A model generated the notes under the pieces. The model made no database searches and was not told where the DNA came from. It was given only the letters and a program-made list of their open reading frames with translations. Made by a program: the position numbers and the translations under genes. 64,000 nt of DNA, from assembly GCF_003918875.1 (NCBI RefSeq), contig NW_025766625.1, forward strand, positions 868,001 to 932,000. Reading direction: 5' to 3'. Of the stretch, positions 25,554-38,279 are shown one piece after another (within the stretch, counting starts at the first letter, position 1; every line of letters begins with the position of its first letter). Origin of the DNA: Haliotis rubra (Eukaryota).

Positions 25554-25703
25554 CGTGCATCGTGTCCTGATGGCTTGAGATGTCGGTCCCCAAATCACTT
25601 GTTTGTCTGGTCCAGATTTGCAGGACGTCTTGATACACGTATACGTATACTATTGTTGATTCCCTAGCAAGCAGTAATTTGCTGTAACGTACTGAAAAGG
25701 AGA

Positions 25704-25782
25704 CTGACTGACTGACTGAGTTTGGTTTTACGCCGCTTTTAGCAATATTCCAGCAACATCACGGCGGGGGACACCAGAAATG
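25704..25782 (-). mobile_element. 5'-truncated SINE family A copy with 12-bp TSD
   Basis: 3' half only; TSD CTGAAAAGGAGA at 25692-25703 and 25783-25794. Confidence 0.85.
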
Positions 25783-26217
25783 CTGAAAAGGAGATATACA
25801 CGCACATTCTCTTTACTTTCCGACAGAAAAATCCCCATACTTGTAAGCTGCGGTGTAATTCAAACGAGGATACACCCTGTCGAGTCATGAGAATGACTAG
25901 ATTGATGATTGATTCGTTTTGTTTTTACGGGCTATAGTTGCAAGGCAGAAGTACTTCTGTGCGACTCATGGCACAGTTACTTTTGTATGGAACTTGTATA
26001 GTGTGAGTTGCTACCAGGAGAACAAGATGTGCATACGTGTCTCGGGAACACCTGTCGTCACCACTGATTTACAGTGATTCATTTAAATAATTTCACGGCT
26101 ATTTTACGTACAAATGGAATCTATTTCGACAGATAATCTGGCGGTGACGTTCTGTACATATTTGCTGCCGCATCGTTCAGCTGTCTAAGGTCGTTGTGTT
26201 ATTGACCTTTTTTAAAA

Positions 26218-26384
26218 GGGGCGGTGGGGTAGCCTAGTGGTTAGCGCGTTCGCTCGTCACGCCGAAGGCCCGGGTTCAATTCCCCGCATGGGTGTAATGT
26301 GTGAAGCCCATTTCTGGTGTCCCCCGTCGTGATATTGCTGGAATATTGCTACAAGCGGCGTAAAACCAAAAATCTCTCACTCAC
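26218..26384 (+). mobile_element. tRNA-derived SINE family A, full-length
   Basis: A box TAGCCTAGTGG, CGTCACGC anticodon-loop remnant (Asp-like), B box GGTTCAATTCC, body TGTGAAGCCCATTTCTGGTGTCCCCCG, tail GATATTGCTGGAATATTGCT...GCGGCGTAAAAC-(CTCA)n. Confidence 0.93.
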
Positions 26385-26671
26385 CTATTTTAAACCGTGA
26401 CACAAATATCATTCTTGCACGTTCAACATTCTGGGAATTTAGATTAACGTGACTTTGAAGAATATATCAGTTATACAATGTGTCAGCTTAATGTGGGAAG
26501 AACGCCCCGAGCCCCGAGCTGAGACGGCTTACCGCGTTGCTGCTGAAACCATAGAAGCACACCCGGGATAAAATGGGATTCAAACTCACAATAAAAGATT
26601 TCTGATACGCTTTAGTAATGCAGCTCTGCATGGTCGACTAGGTCACCACCCTCTATTCGTCAATTTCCATG

Positions 26672-26741
<70 letters not shown>

Positions 26742-26748
26742 TGTGTGT
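26672..26748. repeat. Compound microsatellite (CT)n(GT)n
   Basis: Direct reading of the sequence. Confidence 0.95.
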
Positions 26749-28722
26749 TATGTGTAAGAATGCTGAATCGCTGACATAACAACGTCGGGTAGGGTTGTTA
26801 CATAACACGCACGCCCAGTTCCAATATTTGTTTCCTTCACTCTCCTGCAATCTATTGTTTGCCCAGTAAGTTTCACAACTGACAAAATCCATATTACAAC
26901 CATAATCTTTACTTTTTCATCCTTCATGTGTAATCCGTTAGCTCAAGATCACCATTTGACATATAAGAAATACACCAAGTTTTCCCAAGTGCGTATCTAT
27001 ATGTTGTGACAGCGGTAACGCACGATGATTATCTAGCTCGGAATAGAATCAAGTCTCGTAAACAAATCAGATATAATCGAATCAATGTCTTTGAAAGAGG
27101 GACCCAAATTGCCCCAAGTCGAACAGCAGGGTCTGATAGTATCTCTTGTATAATTATAAAAAGGGCCACAAGTTTGCAAACCATCGAGAATATTGATTAT
27201 CAATTTCATCGCACATTTCTTCTAAATATAGCAGCGACTAAAACGCCAAAGATGGACTGATGTCGGCACTGTTTACTTATATGACCTGAGCCGCGTCGAG
27301 CAGGGGTCACCAATCTTTATGTCGTTTCGCTAAATTGATCCAAACTTTTCGTCTTATTTCTGTGTTTGGTAGACACTTAGAGTGGGTGATGACTAGCATT
27401 TTCCTCCCCATTTGCGACGGTGTCGTTATGTGTGCTTAACCCCAAGCAAATAATGTCCTAGACATTTCATATGTATTTAGTTTCCATGTAATCGTTTCCA
27501 TCACGATTAAGTACAGTTTTTAGAGTCAATCAGTACTTCATCGTGTTTTAAAGCCATCGGAGCAAGACGTTTCGGGAAACTAGGTGTTTGTTTCCCGTTT
27601 ATATTTTATCTGTAAAGTTATACGAGACTTTAAAGACTGACGGCCATTATTATGAGATTCGCCCCAGTGCGGGATGCCCGAGTGATAAATTGAAAGGGAA
27701 TTGTCAACTCCTGTTTCGCTGCGTGTAACTAAACCCTGGATTAGACACAGTCACATAAGTTCTGAACTCAAAAGCGTATCTTCTGTGTGTTTGTAATCTT
27801 ATGGTCTCGGTTTGAATATGAAAGGGAAAACTCTTTTGTAATGGGAAAATTTGTTCATCTGATGCATCCATCAAAACTAGGCAATGATCATTCTTACAGG
27901 ATCCTAATAACAGTAGTGTCACTAAAATCAAACCTTTTAGCAGGTCAAATGTCAATACATTCGATGAAAGGGGATCCCACATACATTTCCATGTTTTGTT
28001 GGTTGTGTTGTAGCAGGTGACTTCTCTGTTGTTGACAACAGCATTTGTTAGTTGTTGACACTGAACAAATGAACAATGGACAAGAGGAAAAATAACTACA
28101 ATGTTTTTAGACGAATGTGCCCTAAAAGATAAAATGTTGAATGTATTCAATTGAGAGTGATGCTGTCATTGGTAGAATGCATATTAATCTTATAAAGACG
28201 AAACAGAATCGAAAATAATCCAACATTCTGTTAAACTCAGTTGACATTAAAAGTTTGAATGATTTACATGAGTTGTTTGTGTTCGTCCGAAGACAATGCC
28301 TCAAATAACACATATCAATCTTTATGTTTAAGTTTTAGTTTGTTTGATTGAAGAATTTGGTATAAGTGATACGCATGAATGCCGCATGCAAGTACAGAAT
28401 GTAGAGTAGGGAATCTTGAACTAACACCGGAAGATATTACTAACGGAAAAAGGTTACTGTGCATAACATAAAATTGCATAAGATAAAAGTGATGAAAAAA
28501 CCCTGAATAAACATGTAGCAAAGCACTTTGCATGAAACTTGATGTCACGTATCGCGCGTGGCACTTGTACTTTGTGCACAATGAATCTACTCACTTTTTG
28601 CATGCTTTTTGACACCTGAAGTTCACACACATGATATTGAAAATCGAGGAACGGTTTATTATTCTCTAGCCTCTGAATGTTGTGGAAAACACGTTAACTT
28701 CAACCTAAACTGCGCGTACGTC

Positions 28723-29560
28723 ATTCCACGGGTTACAGAAAATCAGCGTGTCAGCGCCGTGGGTAAGCTGGAGACTGGCCCACAATGAAGTGGCTACACA
28801 TTTTAGTGTCCATCGAAACACGATCACATGTCTATGGAGACTTTGTCATCATAATGGGAACACGAGAGATTTTCCTCGGACCGGCCGTCCATGCGTGACG
28901 TCACGTCAGCAAAACAACTACATTCGGTTGACCCATCTAGGGAATCGATTCCAGACTGCCAGTTTGACTGGTCGGACCATTCCTTACGCCCCCCGAGTTC
29001 CAGGACTGTACGGAACCGACTGAGAGAGCACAACATCCGGCCCCACGGCCTGCAATACATCCAGTCTTGTTCCAACGTCAACGACAGGCACGTCTTGCCT
29101 GGTACAAGTTAGGTAGGGTGTTTTGTTCACTGTCGTGTCGAGGTTTTATCTGGACAGCGCAGACAGCGAAGTGAACGGTACGGAGACGCGTGCTTTGTTC
29201 AATGTCGACAGTTTGGTGGCGACAGCGTTATGGTATGTGGGTCATTGGACCTTATGTGTAGCCGTTCATTCAAGGACAGAGACAGAACTTCACGCTTCAG
29301 CAAGATAATGCCCGTCCACATGTCGTTCGTGTTGTGACACTTCCTGAGACAGCAGAACATCCCGGTACTCCCCTGGCCAGCTGTTTCTCCGGACCTGTCC
29401 TCTATAGACCACGCTTGTAATGAAATGGAGAGACGTTTACGTCAAGCTCAGAATCAGCCATTGACGTAAGCTGAATTGGCACATGTTCAGACATGGAACA
29501 ACATTTCCCAAACTTTTTTCAAACGCTTAGTGTCGTCTATACGTCGTCGTTGTAGTGTCC
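28723..29560 (+). mobile_element. Decayed Tc1/mariner transposase pseudogene
   Basis: Across frameshifts: PRVTENQRVSAVGKLETG; EVATHFSVHRNTI...RTGRPCVTS (paired-like HTH and GRP motif); RTVRNRLRE; VLFTVVSRF (normally VLFSDESRF); FGGDSVMV; QQDNARPH; LPWPAVSPDLSSIDHA; IRRRC. Confidence 0.9.
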
Positions 29561-31165
29561 CTATGTGTTTATTCCAGTGGTATATATCAATTCCACCTTT
29601 GAATCAAGTCCTGAAAATGCATACCCGCACAGAATCACACGAAAGGGTATTCAAAGAGTCAAGGGAAAGAGTAATCATGAAAAGGGCATTGCAGTGAAAC
29701 CACTTAATGTCTTCACGATATGCTGTCCAGGCCAAGCAAAAACGATTCTGTTTCTATGATGAGGCCCATCTGATAGCATGATGATTTGGTACAGGTGGAA
29801 CCACCATCACCACAGTAACGTTCTTCTCTTCTGTTAGAAAACACATTAGAACTTTGCATTTATATGACGTATAAAGTGCAAAAGTAAAAATATAACACCA
29901 TGATGCCGTGAAAATCGATATATTCTATTTAGGTTAAAAAATCCAAAATAGTTATTTGAAATTGTTTTAGAAACGTGTTTATCAGCTGTAGACATTATTC
30001 TCCGATCGGCATTAATGTAAGGGGCATTTTTCTGATCACGATGTAACAATTGGCTATATTTGGCTTGAGATTGCGTATTTTCTTCTTCCGTAATATTAGG
30101 AATAATTCCAACCTAAAACATAATATGTATCAGCTGTCTAAAAGCTATATGTATGTAAATTACTGAATTTTCACCATACGTAATAAAGATATTTAATGTT
30201 TACATAGGATCAATATAATCATAAAAATGAGAAAAAACTTTCACTTTTTGCAAATAAGCATCCATGATATCTCAGACTGCATGGCTTGGTGGATAAAATG
30301 TCTGTACATATGAAACACTGGGAGTGACCTCTTTGCTATAATACTTTCCCACGTTCTTGTTCGCAATGTAGTCATAGAATTACATATCATTTGACATTAA
30401 CTAACTTGAACTTATTATACTTTTGTGTGAAAATATTGACATCACAACTGAAAATCGAGCATCCACACACCTACCTTTAGAACTGGCTAGCCATAATATG
30501 AGAACCGTGCGTTATATAGATCGGCTGATTCGTTTGCGTCTGGAACAATAATTGAAAACTACTAGAGAAGAGAGATATGTCTAGTGCAACAGATACCAAC
30601 CGACACGTATCATACTTCTGCCTAAACTCATCATTGGACGTTTAACTCCAGTAAATCAAAAAGTGGGCGATGAATATCATATGCACCTTGCGATTGGCAT
30701 CGCTAATCTCCCGTAGACAGACATTGATCTTCTGGGATAAAATGAAACGTTCATTTCGCTTCAGATAAGTGCGTGAATATTGTCTCTGTGTAAGATTACA
30801 ATGATCATAGGGTACGTTATGAATACATTCCACTTTCTGTTGGCATTGCCATGATGATTGTCATTATAATGTTTTAATAATTTAAAAATTCAACACAGTT
30901 ACAAAGAAAATAGCATACAATCATCTCAGTGGTGACATCGAGTGCCCATCATCGGTTCCGCGCCTCCTCACCAAATGCTATTATCCCTCCTCCGTCCTGT
31001 GGATGGTATATTGCTAAAACGTCTGAAGGTCGTACAAGCTCACACACTGTCTCACAATTTTGTAAAAGGCCTCAGAATTCTGCATCGTGCAATTTTTTTT
31101 CCAAAGGATCCATACTTGAAATCAGTTATAGAGATCTTAATGTTATTCTCTTACTTATCCTGAGT

Positions 31166-32455
31166 AAGCTGTCGACATTGTGTGTTAGTGTTGATGTTAG
31201 TCAGCTGAACTTGCCGTTAATACAAGATGTTTAAAGCTGTCGACATTGTGTGTTACTGTTGATGTTAGTCAGCTGGACTTGCCGTTAATACAAGATGTTT
31301 AAAGCTGTCGACATTGTGTGTAAGTGTCGATGTTAGTCAGCTGAACTTGCCGTTAATACAAGATGTTTAAAGCTGTCGACATTGTGTGTTAGTGTTGATG
31401 TTAGTCAGCTGAACTTGCCGTTAATACAAGATGTTTAAAGTTGTCGTTAGTCATTTGCCGTAATACAAGATGTTTAAAGCTGTCGACATTGTGTGTTACT
31501 CAGCTGAACTTGCCGTTAATACAAGATGTTTAAAGCTGTCGACATTGTGTGTTAGTGTTGATGTTAGTCAGCTGAACTTGCCGTTAATACAAGATGTTTA
31601 AAGCTGTCGACATTGTGTGTAAGTGTTGATGTTAGTCAGCTGAACTTGCCGTTAATACAAGATGTTTAAAGCTGTCGACATTGTGTGTTAGTGTTGATGT
31701 TAGTCAGCTGGACTTGCCGTTAATACAAGATGTTTAAAGCTGTCGACATTGTGTGTAAGTGTCGATGTTAGTCAGCTGAACTTGCCGTTAATACAAGATG
31801 TTTAAAGCTGTCGACATTGTGTGTTAGTGTTGGTGTTACTCAGCTGAACTTGCCGTTAATACAAGATGTTTAAAGCTGTCGACATTGTGTGTTAGTTTTA
31901 GTCAGCTGAACTTGCCGTTAATACAAGATGTTTAAAGCTGTTCGACATTGTGTGTTAGTGTTGGTGTTACTCAGCTGAACTTGCCGTTAATACAAGATGT
32001 TTAAAGCTGTCGACATTGTGTGTTAGTGTTACTCAGCTGAACTTGCCGTTAATACAAGATGTTTAAAGCTGTTGACATTGTGTGTTAGTGTTGATGTTAG
32101 TCAGCTGAACTTGCCGTTAATACAAGATGTTTAAAGCTGTCGACATTGTGTGTTAGTGTTAGTGTCGGCTGACTTGTTAGTCAAGCTGTTTAAAGCTTCG
32201 ACCGTTAATACAAGATGAACTTGCCGTTAATACAAGATGTTTGTCGACATTGTGTGTTAGTGTTGATGTTAGTCAGCTGAACTTGCCGTTAATACAAGAT
32301 GTTTAAAGCTGTCGACATTGTATGTTAGTGTTGGTGTTACTCAGCTGAACTTACCGTTAATACAAGATGTTTAAAGCTGTCGACATTGTGTGTTAGTGTT
32401 GATGTTAGTCAGATGACCTTGCTGTTGAAACTAGTTGTTTAAAGTTGTCGACATT
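31166..32455. repeat. Minisatellite, 68-bp unit, ~19 copies
   Basis: AAGCTGTCGACATTGTGTGTTAGTGTTGATGTTAGTCAGCTGAACTTGCCGTTAATACAAGATGTTTA; GTCGAC at 31171, 31239, and onward. Confidence 0.97.
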
Positions 32456-33104
32456 TTCACCACTAAGTTTTAGTGTGTGGTGTCTGACCTCAAACTTTTG
32501 ATTCGCTCCTTACACTAACATGTGTTAAAAGTACAACTGAACGACCAAACCATTTCCATAATCATGAGAAACTATAGGAACAGTCGTATAATATAGTGCA
32601 TCTTACGATTCCGATTTAATCATCATTATGTCTTCCCGAATTATTGCAATGACTAGACTTAGCATATGATTATAATGGTCGCCACCGGTGGGACAGGATA
32701 CGTTCACCTTTTCTCGAACCCCTGGTATCATCACTATTTCATAGTGATTCATAAACACATGCTCTGTAATCGTATCGCATGGCGACAATAACTGGATTGT
32801 CTGGTCCAGTCCCGATTTGTTTACAAACATGATCGTACAACTGAAACAAATATATACTCATGATATAGACACAAGCTGTTAGCAGAGCTTTCACATGGAT
32901 ATTTATTTATCACTAACAAACAGTGAGTGATGAAATCAGGTTTTCGTGCAAAGATGTGCGTATTTTGTCATATATCGTATAACCTAATACAGTTGGCATG
33001 ATTTTGTTACCGATGAGTCCGCAACAAGTCTACCATAATACGGTTGGAACATGAAGCCTTTGAAATGTTGAAGTTAGTGCTCATGTGAAACAATCGTGTG
33101 GATA

Positions 33105-33342
33105 ACCCGTGAAGATCCGGGTTAGAATTGATCTTCAGAAACCCATGCTTGTTGTGAGAGGCGACTAACGGGATCGTGTGGTCAGGCTCGCCGACTTGGT
33201 TGACACATGTCATCGTCCCAATTGCGTAGATCGATGCTCATGCTGTTGATCACTGGATTGTTTGGTCCAGACTCGATAATTTACAGACTGCCGCCATATA
33301 GCTGAAATATTGCTGAGTACGGCTTTAAACAATCAACTAACC
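33105..33342 (+). mobile_element. SINE-like family B, full-length copy
   Basis: ACCCGTGAAGATCCGGGTTAGAATTGATCTTCAG...GAGGCGACTAACGGGATC...CCATATAGCTGAAATATTGCTGAGT tail. Confidence 0.9.
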
Positions 33343-34285
33343 CAGCAGTTTGGTCCCCGATTAATTGTGTGATGCAGATGTTTCACCGGTCTCTGTTATT
33401 TCTGGCGGAGGTGAATAAATCCCTTGAATGGAATTCAACTGGTTACAAATTTTGGCAAAATTCATTTCAGTTCATTTCAGCAATCCAGCAGGATCTTCTC
33501 GTATGCACAACGAGATAGACCAGCACAGCTGGTGTTGGTTGTGATAGCCGCTTCATGTTTTAATATCCGATAGGTCCATCATTTAACGTACTGTTTTCTC
33601 TGTGAATTTCAAATGACATTTGCTTTCATTTAATGACAAATCGACTCCCTCTTTGCAGAAAAAGAACTAACTATAGTCAGTTTTCAGTGAAAACGTACCG
33701 ATGAATGTCACTTTAAACCAAAAAGTAAAACAAATAAAGTGAAATTAAGACTGCGAATCCTCATGATTTTACCTTGCCAATTGAACATTTAAATCTCAGA
33801 ATTTTATTCAACTTAGGATAAAAGTTGTTTAACAAACGATCATAATTTCACATCGCTATTACTGGTTTGTATTACAAGGGCGTATGCACATCAAATGAAA
33901 CACCGAGAACGACAAGGGTTGTTATAGGTTAACGCTCTTCACGTACCGCACTTGCATTTGTTTCACTGTTCCAACTACTGCGCTTACCCCATTGTAATTC
34001 ACTTCAATTAGACTACGGTTCAGATCATACAAACTTTCTTTGACATTAGGAAACAAATAATTCATTTTCATCAACATTTTTTACTGGAACATCCGGGATT
34101 TCCTTACGTGTGAAAGACATAAAAGAACTATCGATATTTTAGTTTCATCACCCGATCTACATTACACTTCGCAGATCAGATAACAAATATTCTCATGAAA
34201 ATATGTTTTTTGTTGTTTCGTCCACAAACGTCTGTTGGACACGTCTGTAATAGTAAGTAAACCATCAGGTTAGATAGTTTTGGGT

Positions 34286-34440
34286 GTGAGTGAGTGAGTG
34301 AGTTTAGTTTTACTAGTATTATGGCAGTACTCCAGCAATATCACAGCGGGGGACACCAGAAATGGGCTCCACACATTGTACTCACGAGTCTTCGGCATGA
34401 CAAGCGAACGCTTTAACCACTAGGCTACCCCACAGCTCCA
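34286..34440 (-). mobile_element. SINE family A copy with internal deletion
   Basis: Homology to family A; flanking direct repeat GT(T/A)TTGGGTGTGA. Confidence 0.85.
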
Positions 34441-34544
34441 GTATTGGGTGTGAAACAATGTAAATCAATGGTAATCTTGCAGTTTAAATTATCGATGTAG
34501 TTGGGACAGAAACAAGTGTTACAAAATGTATTTAACTGCTGAAA

Positions 34545-36150
34545 AGAGGGATTAAGCAGAGCAAAAGTGGGGACTGAGCAAGATAGAGACGGGGATTAAG
34601 CAGAGCAGAAGTGGGGACTGAGCAGGGCAGAGACAGGGATTAAGCAGAGCAGAAGTGGGGACTGAGCAGGGCAGAGACAGGGATTAAGCAGAGCAGAAGT
34701 GGGGACTGAGAAGGGCAGAGACAGGGATTAAGCAGAGCAGAAGTGGGGACTGAGAAGGGCAGAGACAGGGATTAAGCAGAGCAGAAGTGGGGACTGAGCA
34801 GGGCAGAGACAGGGATTTAGCAGAGCAGAAGTGGGGACTGAGAAGGGCAGAGACAGGGATTAAGCAGAGCAGAAGTGGGGACTGAGAAGGGCAGAGACAG
34901 GGATTAAGCAGAGCAGAAGTGGGGACTGAGAAGGGCAGAGACAGGGATTAAGCAGAGCAGAAGTGGGGACTGAGCAGGGCAGAGACAGGGATTAAGCAGA
35001 GCAGAAGTCGGGACTGAGAAGGGCAGAGACAGGGATTAAGCAGAGCAGAAGTGGGGACTGAGAAGGGCAGAGACAGGGATTAAGCAGAGCAGAAGTGGGG
35101 ACTGAGCAGGGCAGAGACAGGGATTAAGCAGAGCAGAAGTGGGGACTGAGAAGGGCAGAGACAGGGATTAAGCAGAGCAAAAGTGGGGACTGAACAAGAC
35201 AGATACGAGAATTAGGAAGAGCAAAAGTGTGGACTAAGCAGGACAGATACGGGGATTAAGCAGAGCACAAGTGTGGACTAAGCAGGACAGATACGGGGAT
35301 TGAGCAAAGCACAAGTGTGGACTAAGCAAGACAGATATAGGGATTAAGAAGAGAAAACGTGTGGACTAAGCAAGACAGATACGGGGATTGAGCAGAGCAC
35401 AAGTGTGGACTAAGCAAGACAGATACGAGAATTAGGAAGAGCAAAAGTGTGGACTAAGCAGGACAGATACGGGGATTGAGCAGAGCACAAGTGTGGACTA
35501 AGCAAGACAGATACAGGGATTAAGAAGAGCAAAAGTGTGGACTAAGCAGGACAGATACGGGGATTGAGCAGAGCACAAGTGTGGACTAAGCAAGACAGAT
35601 ATAGGGATTAAGAAGAGCAAACGTGTGGACTAAGCAAGACAGATACGGGGATTGAGCAGAGCACAAGTGTGGACTAAGCAAGACAGATACAGGGATTAAG
35701 AAGAGCAAACGTGTGGACTAAGCAAGACAGATACGGGGATTAAGAAGAGCAAAAGTGTGGGCTAAGCAAGACAGATACAGGGATAAGAAGAGCAAAAGTG
35801 TGGGCTAAGCAAGACAGATACAGGGATTAGGAAGAGCAAAAGTGTGGACTAAGCAAGAAGGGATTACAGGGATTAAGAAGAGGAAGAGCAAAAGTGTGGG
35901 CTAAGCAAGACAGATACGGGGATTGAGAAGAGCACAAGTGTGGACTAAGCAAGACAGATATAGGGATTAAGAAGAGCAAACGTGTGGACTAAGCAAGACA
36001 GATACAGGGATTAGGAAGAGCAAAAGTGTGGACTAAGCAAGACAGATACCGGGATTAAGAAGAGCAAAATTGGGGATTGAGTAAGACAGATACGGGGATA
36101 AGCAGAGCAAAAATGGGGTTTGAATAAAACAGATACGGGGATTAAGTACA
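34545..36150. repeat. Purine-rich minisatellite, 44-bp unit (dimer of 22-bp subunits), two sub-arrays
   Basis: GGGATTAAGCAGAGCAGAAGTG-GGGACTGAGAAGGGCAGAGACA up to ~35190, then the variant GGGATTAAGAAGAGCAAAAGTG-TGGACTAAGCAAGACAGATAC(A/G). Degenerate copies at 36290-36445. Confidence 0.97.
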
Positions 36151-38279
36151 GAAAAAGTGAGATGTGATATTATCTACTTAACTATATATTCATTTATATT
36201 GCACCCCCTGCTACTGTATGTTAAATGTACTATAGGCCTACGGCCTCTTCAGTACTGTAAATAAAGATTGATTGATTGATTGATTGAAGTGAGGATTAAG
36301 CAAGGAAAAAGCAGGGACAAAGCAAGACGGAAACGGGGACTAAGCAAGATAAAACAGGAACTAAATAAGACAGAGACGGGGATTAAGCAAGACAAAACAC
36401 GGACTAAGCATGAGCAAGTCACGAAAAAGCTAAGAATTGGACTGAACAGTTTTCCCTGACACGGAAGTAAAAGTGCCGACACTGGAGCTTGCTTATTTAA
36501 GTTCTGTTATTCAATATTTATTTGTTTAAAAATAGAACGTTGGAACATTTATTGCAATCACATCGTACACGTGTTAACGTCTCCCCCACCGCTTTCCTCA
36601 GAATGAAAAAATACAATATATTTCTTAATTTATATAGTCAAGTTTGAAAAAATGAACATTTATGCCTTTACTGTTTCATCTCGAGATTGAAGGGTAAAAC
36701 TGACCAACCTTATTGCTGCGTCGACTAGCAATGGTGATGATAAGGAAGCCCGATGCTTTGAAATATATTAGCATAATAATTCTTCTGAAATACGATTGAA
36801 AAATTGTACAACGTACAAATGTGATCGAATGGTTTCTTAGTGATGAAGACGGGTTTGTAAACGAGATTCAAGAAAAATCTGAGAGGCCAGAATCGATTAA
36901 ATATGCTACATTTAACGCGTAAAACCAATTGTCACGAAGATGATTTTTTCCCCGTGTGGGCTGAAACGAATATGATTAGTCTGATTCACTTTTAACGATA
37001 TTAGACAGTTCTGCGCGTGACTTCCATGTGTTAACTTCTAGTTATTGGGTGTCACATTCCAACAGTATTACGTTACCCGACTTGTCTTCGCATTTCAACA
37101 AACTTTGTTTCTCACGAATTTGTAGGGAGGATCGACATATGTGTGTTTGTGTTTATAATGGTCAATACGTACGGTTGGAATTAAGTGTACAGCAGTACAG
37201 GAGTCCCCAGGAGTATGAAAATAACCTGTGACGACAAAGCTTTTCAGGCTCATAAATTGTATTCTCCTGAGGATGTTGTTCATGAGAATGCAAATTATAT
37301 AATATTTCCATCAATAAGGTTTGGGCATGTCTGATTTGAGTTTAGAACTACTGGAATCGAATCTCATTTATTGCAAATATTCCTACTACTAACGTTGTTG
37401 CTATATAACTGGTACAAAATGACAGAATAATTACACCCAAGTGTATTTTAACCACGGCAGCTCATCATAGTCCTGATTAAAAAACAATTTCACCAATAAT
37501 CAATATTCCTTGGTGATAATGTTACATTACCAAACATCAAATGTGGCCATCTATGTCCGCCAGACAATATACATTTTTAACATATACCGTTGTAATGAAT
37601 ACCGTTCCATACGGCCTCGTCCAATCTCAAGATCAATGAATTTGCTGGGAACATCACTTTGGTCACAATACCCAGACTACGTCTATTTGTTTCAATTTGT
37701 ACCATGTGTGAAAAATAAAACATAAAAATAGCAGAAAAACATGAGGCTGAATACACGAAACCTTTTGATATATTTGGGATTGAGTAAAGGGAAAGTGCAA
37801 TATAACGTATGCTACATTAAACAAGGAAGTGTAGAAAGATTTCAGTCTAACCTACTGGGACTGCCAATTAACTTGAGCCAAGTGCCCCTTTATGAAAGTT
37901 CGTTGGGGTGCAATTAAAGATGTACAGTACAGAGGTTATTTTATTCCGTGGGATAGGTGAGTACCGTCGTGGTCAGAGTGTTTAGGTTCTCAGTCAAGGT
38001 TCGCTTCCCAGTATGGCACATTGGTTGAAGTCCATGCGCTTCACGGTGATAATGTTAAGAGATGCTTAAAAGCCGACGGTTTTACCTTCCGGCACCCGGG
38101 GTGTCCGCGACCTGGCTCTCAGTGTGCACGGTTGTACTATCGATTTTCTGCTCGTGTTATCAGCCTTGAAGTAAGCTCCAGAGTGACTTTGAAGCGTTAC
38201 AATACGTCGCTGGACGATAAAGAATGAGAAATGACAATTTGGTGACCGGTGTTAACGTCAGGCAGTAACAAAGTCCAAT

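Noticed and set aside
31166-32455. CRISPR-like array
   Set aside because: Units are contiguous near-identical repeats with no unique spacers; the context is eukaryotic with no cas genes.
33105-33180. Family B 5' end as a canonical HDV-like or twister ribozyme
   Set aside because: A CTAA follows a hairpin, but there is no P3/L3 (UYCHCG-like) element or P1 partner in HDV order, and no twister GGUCCYAAGCCC loop. It is kept only as an unclassified structure.
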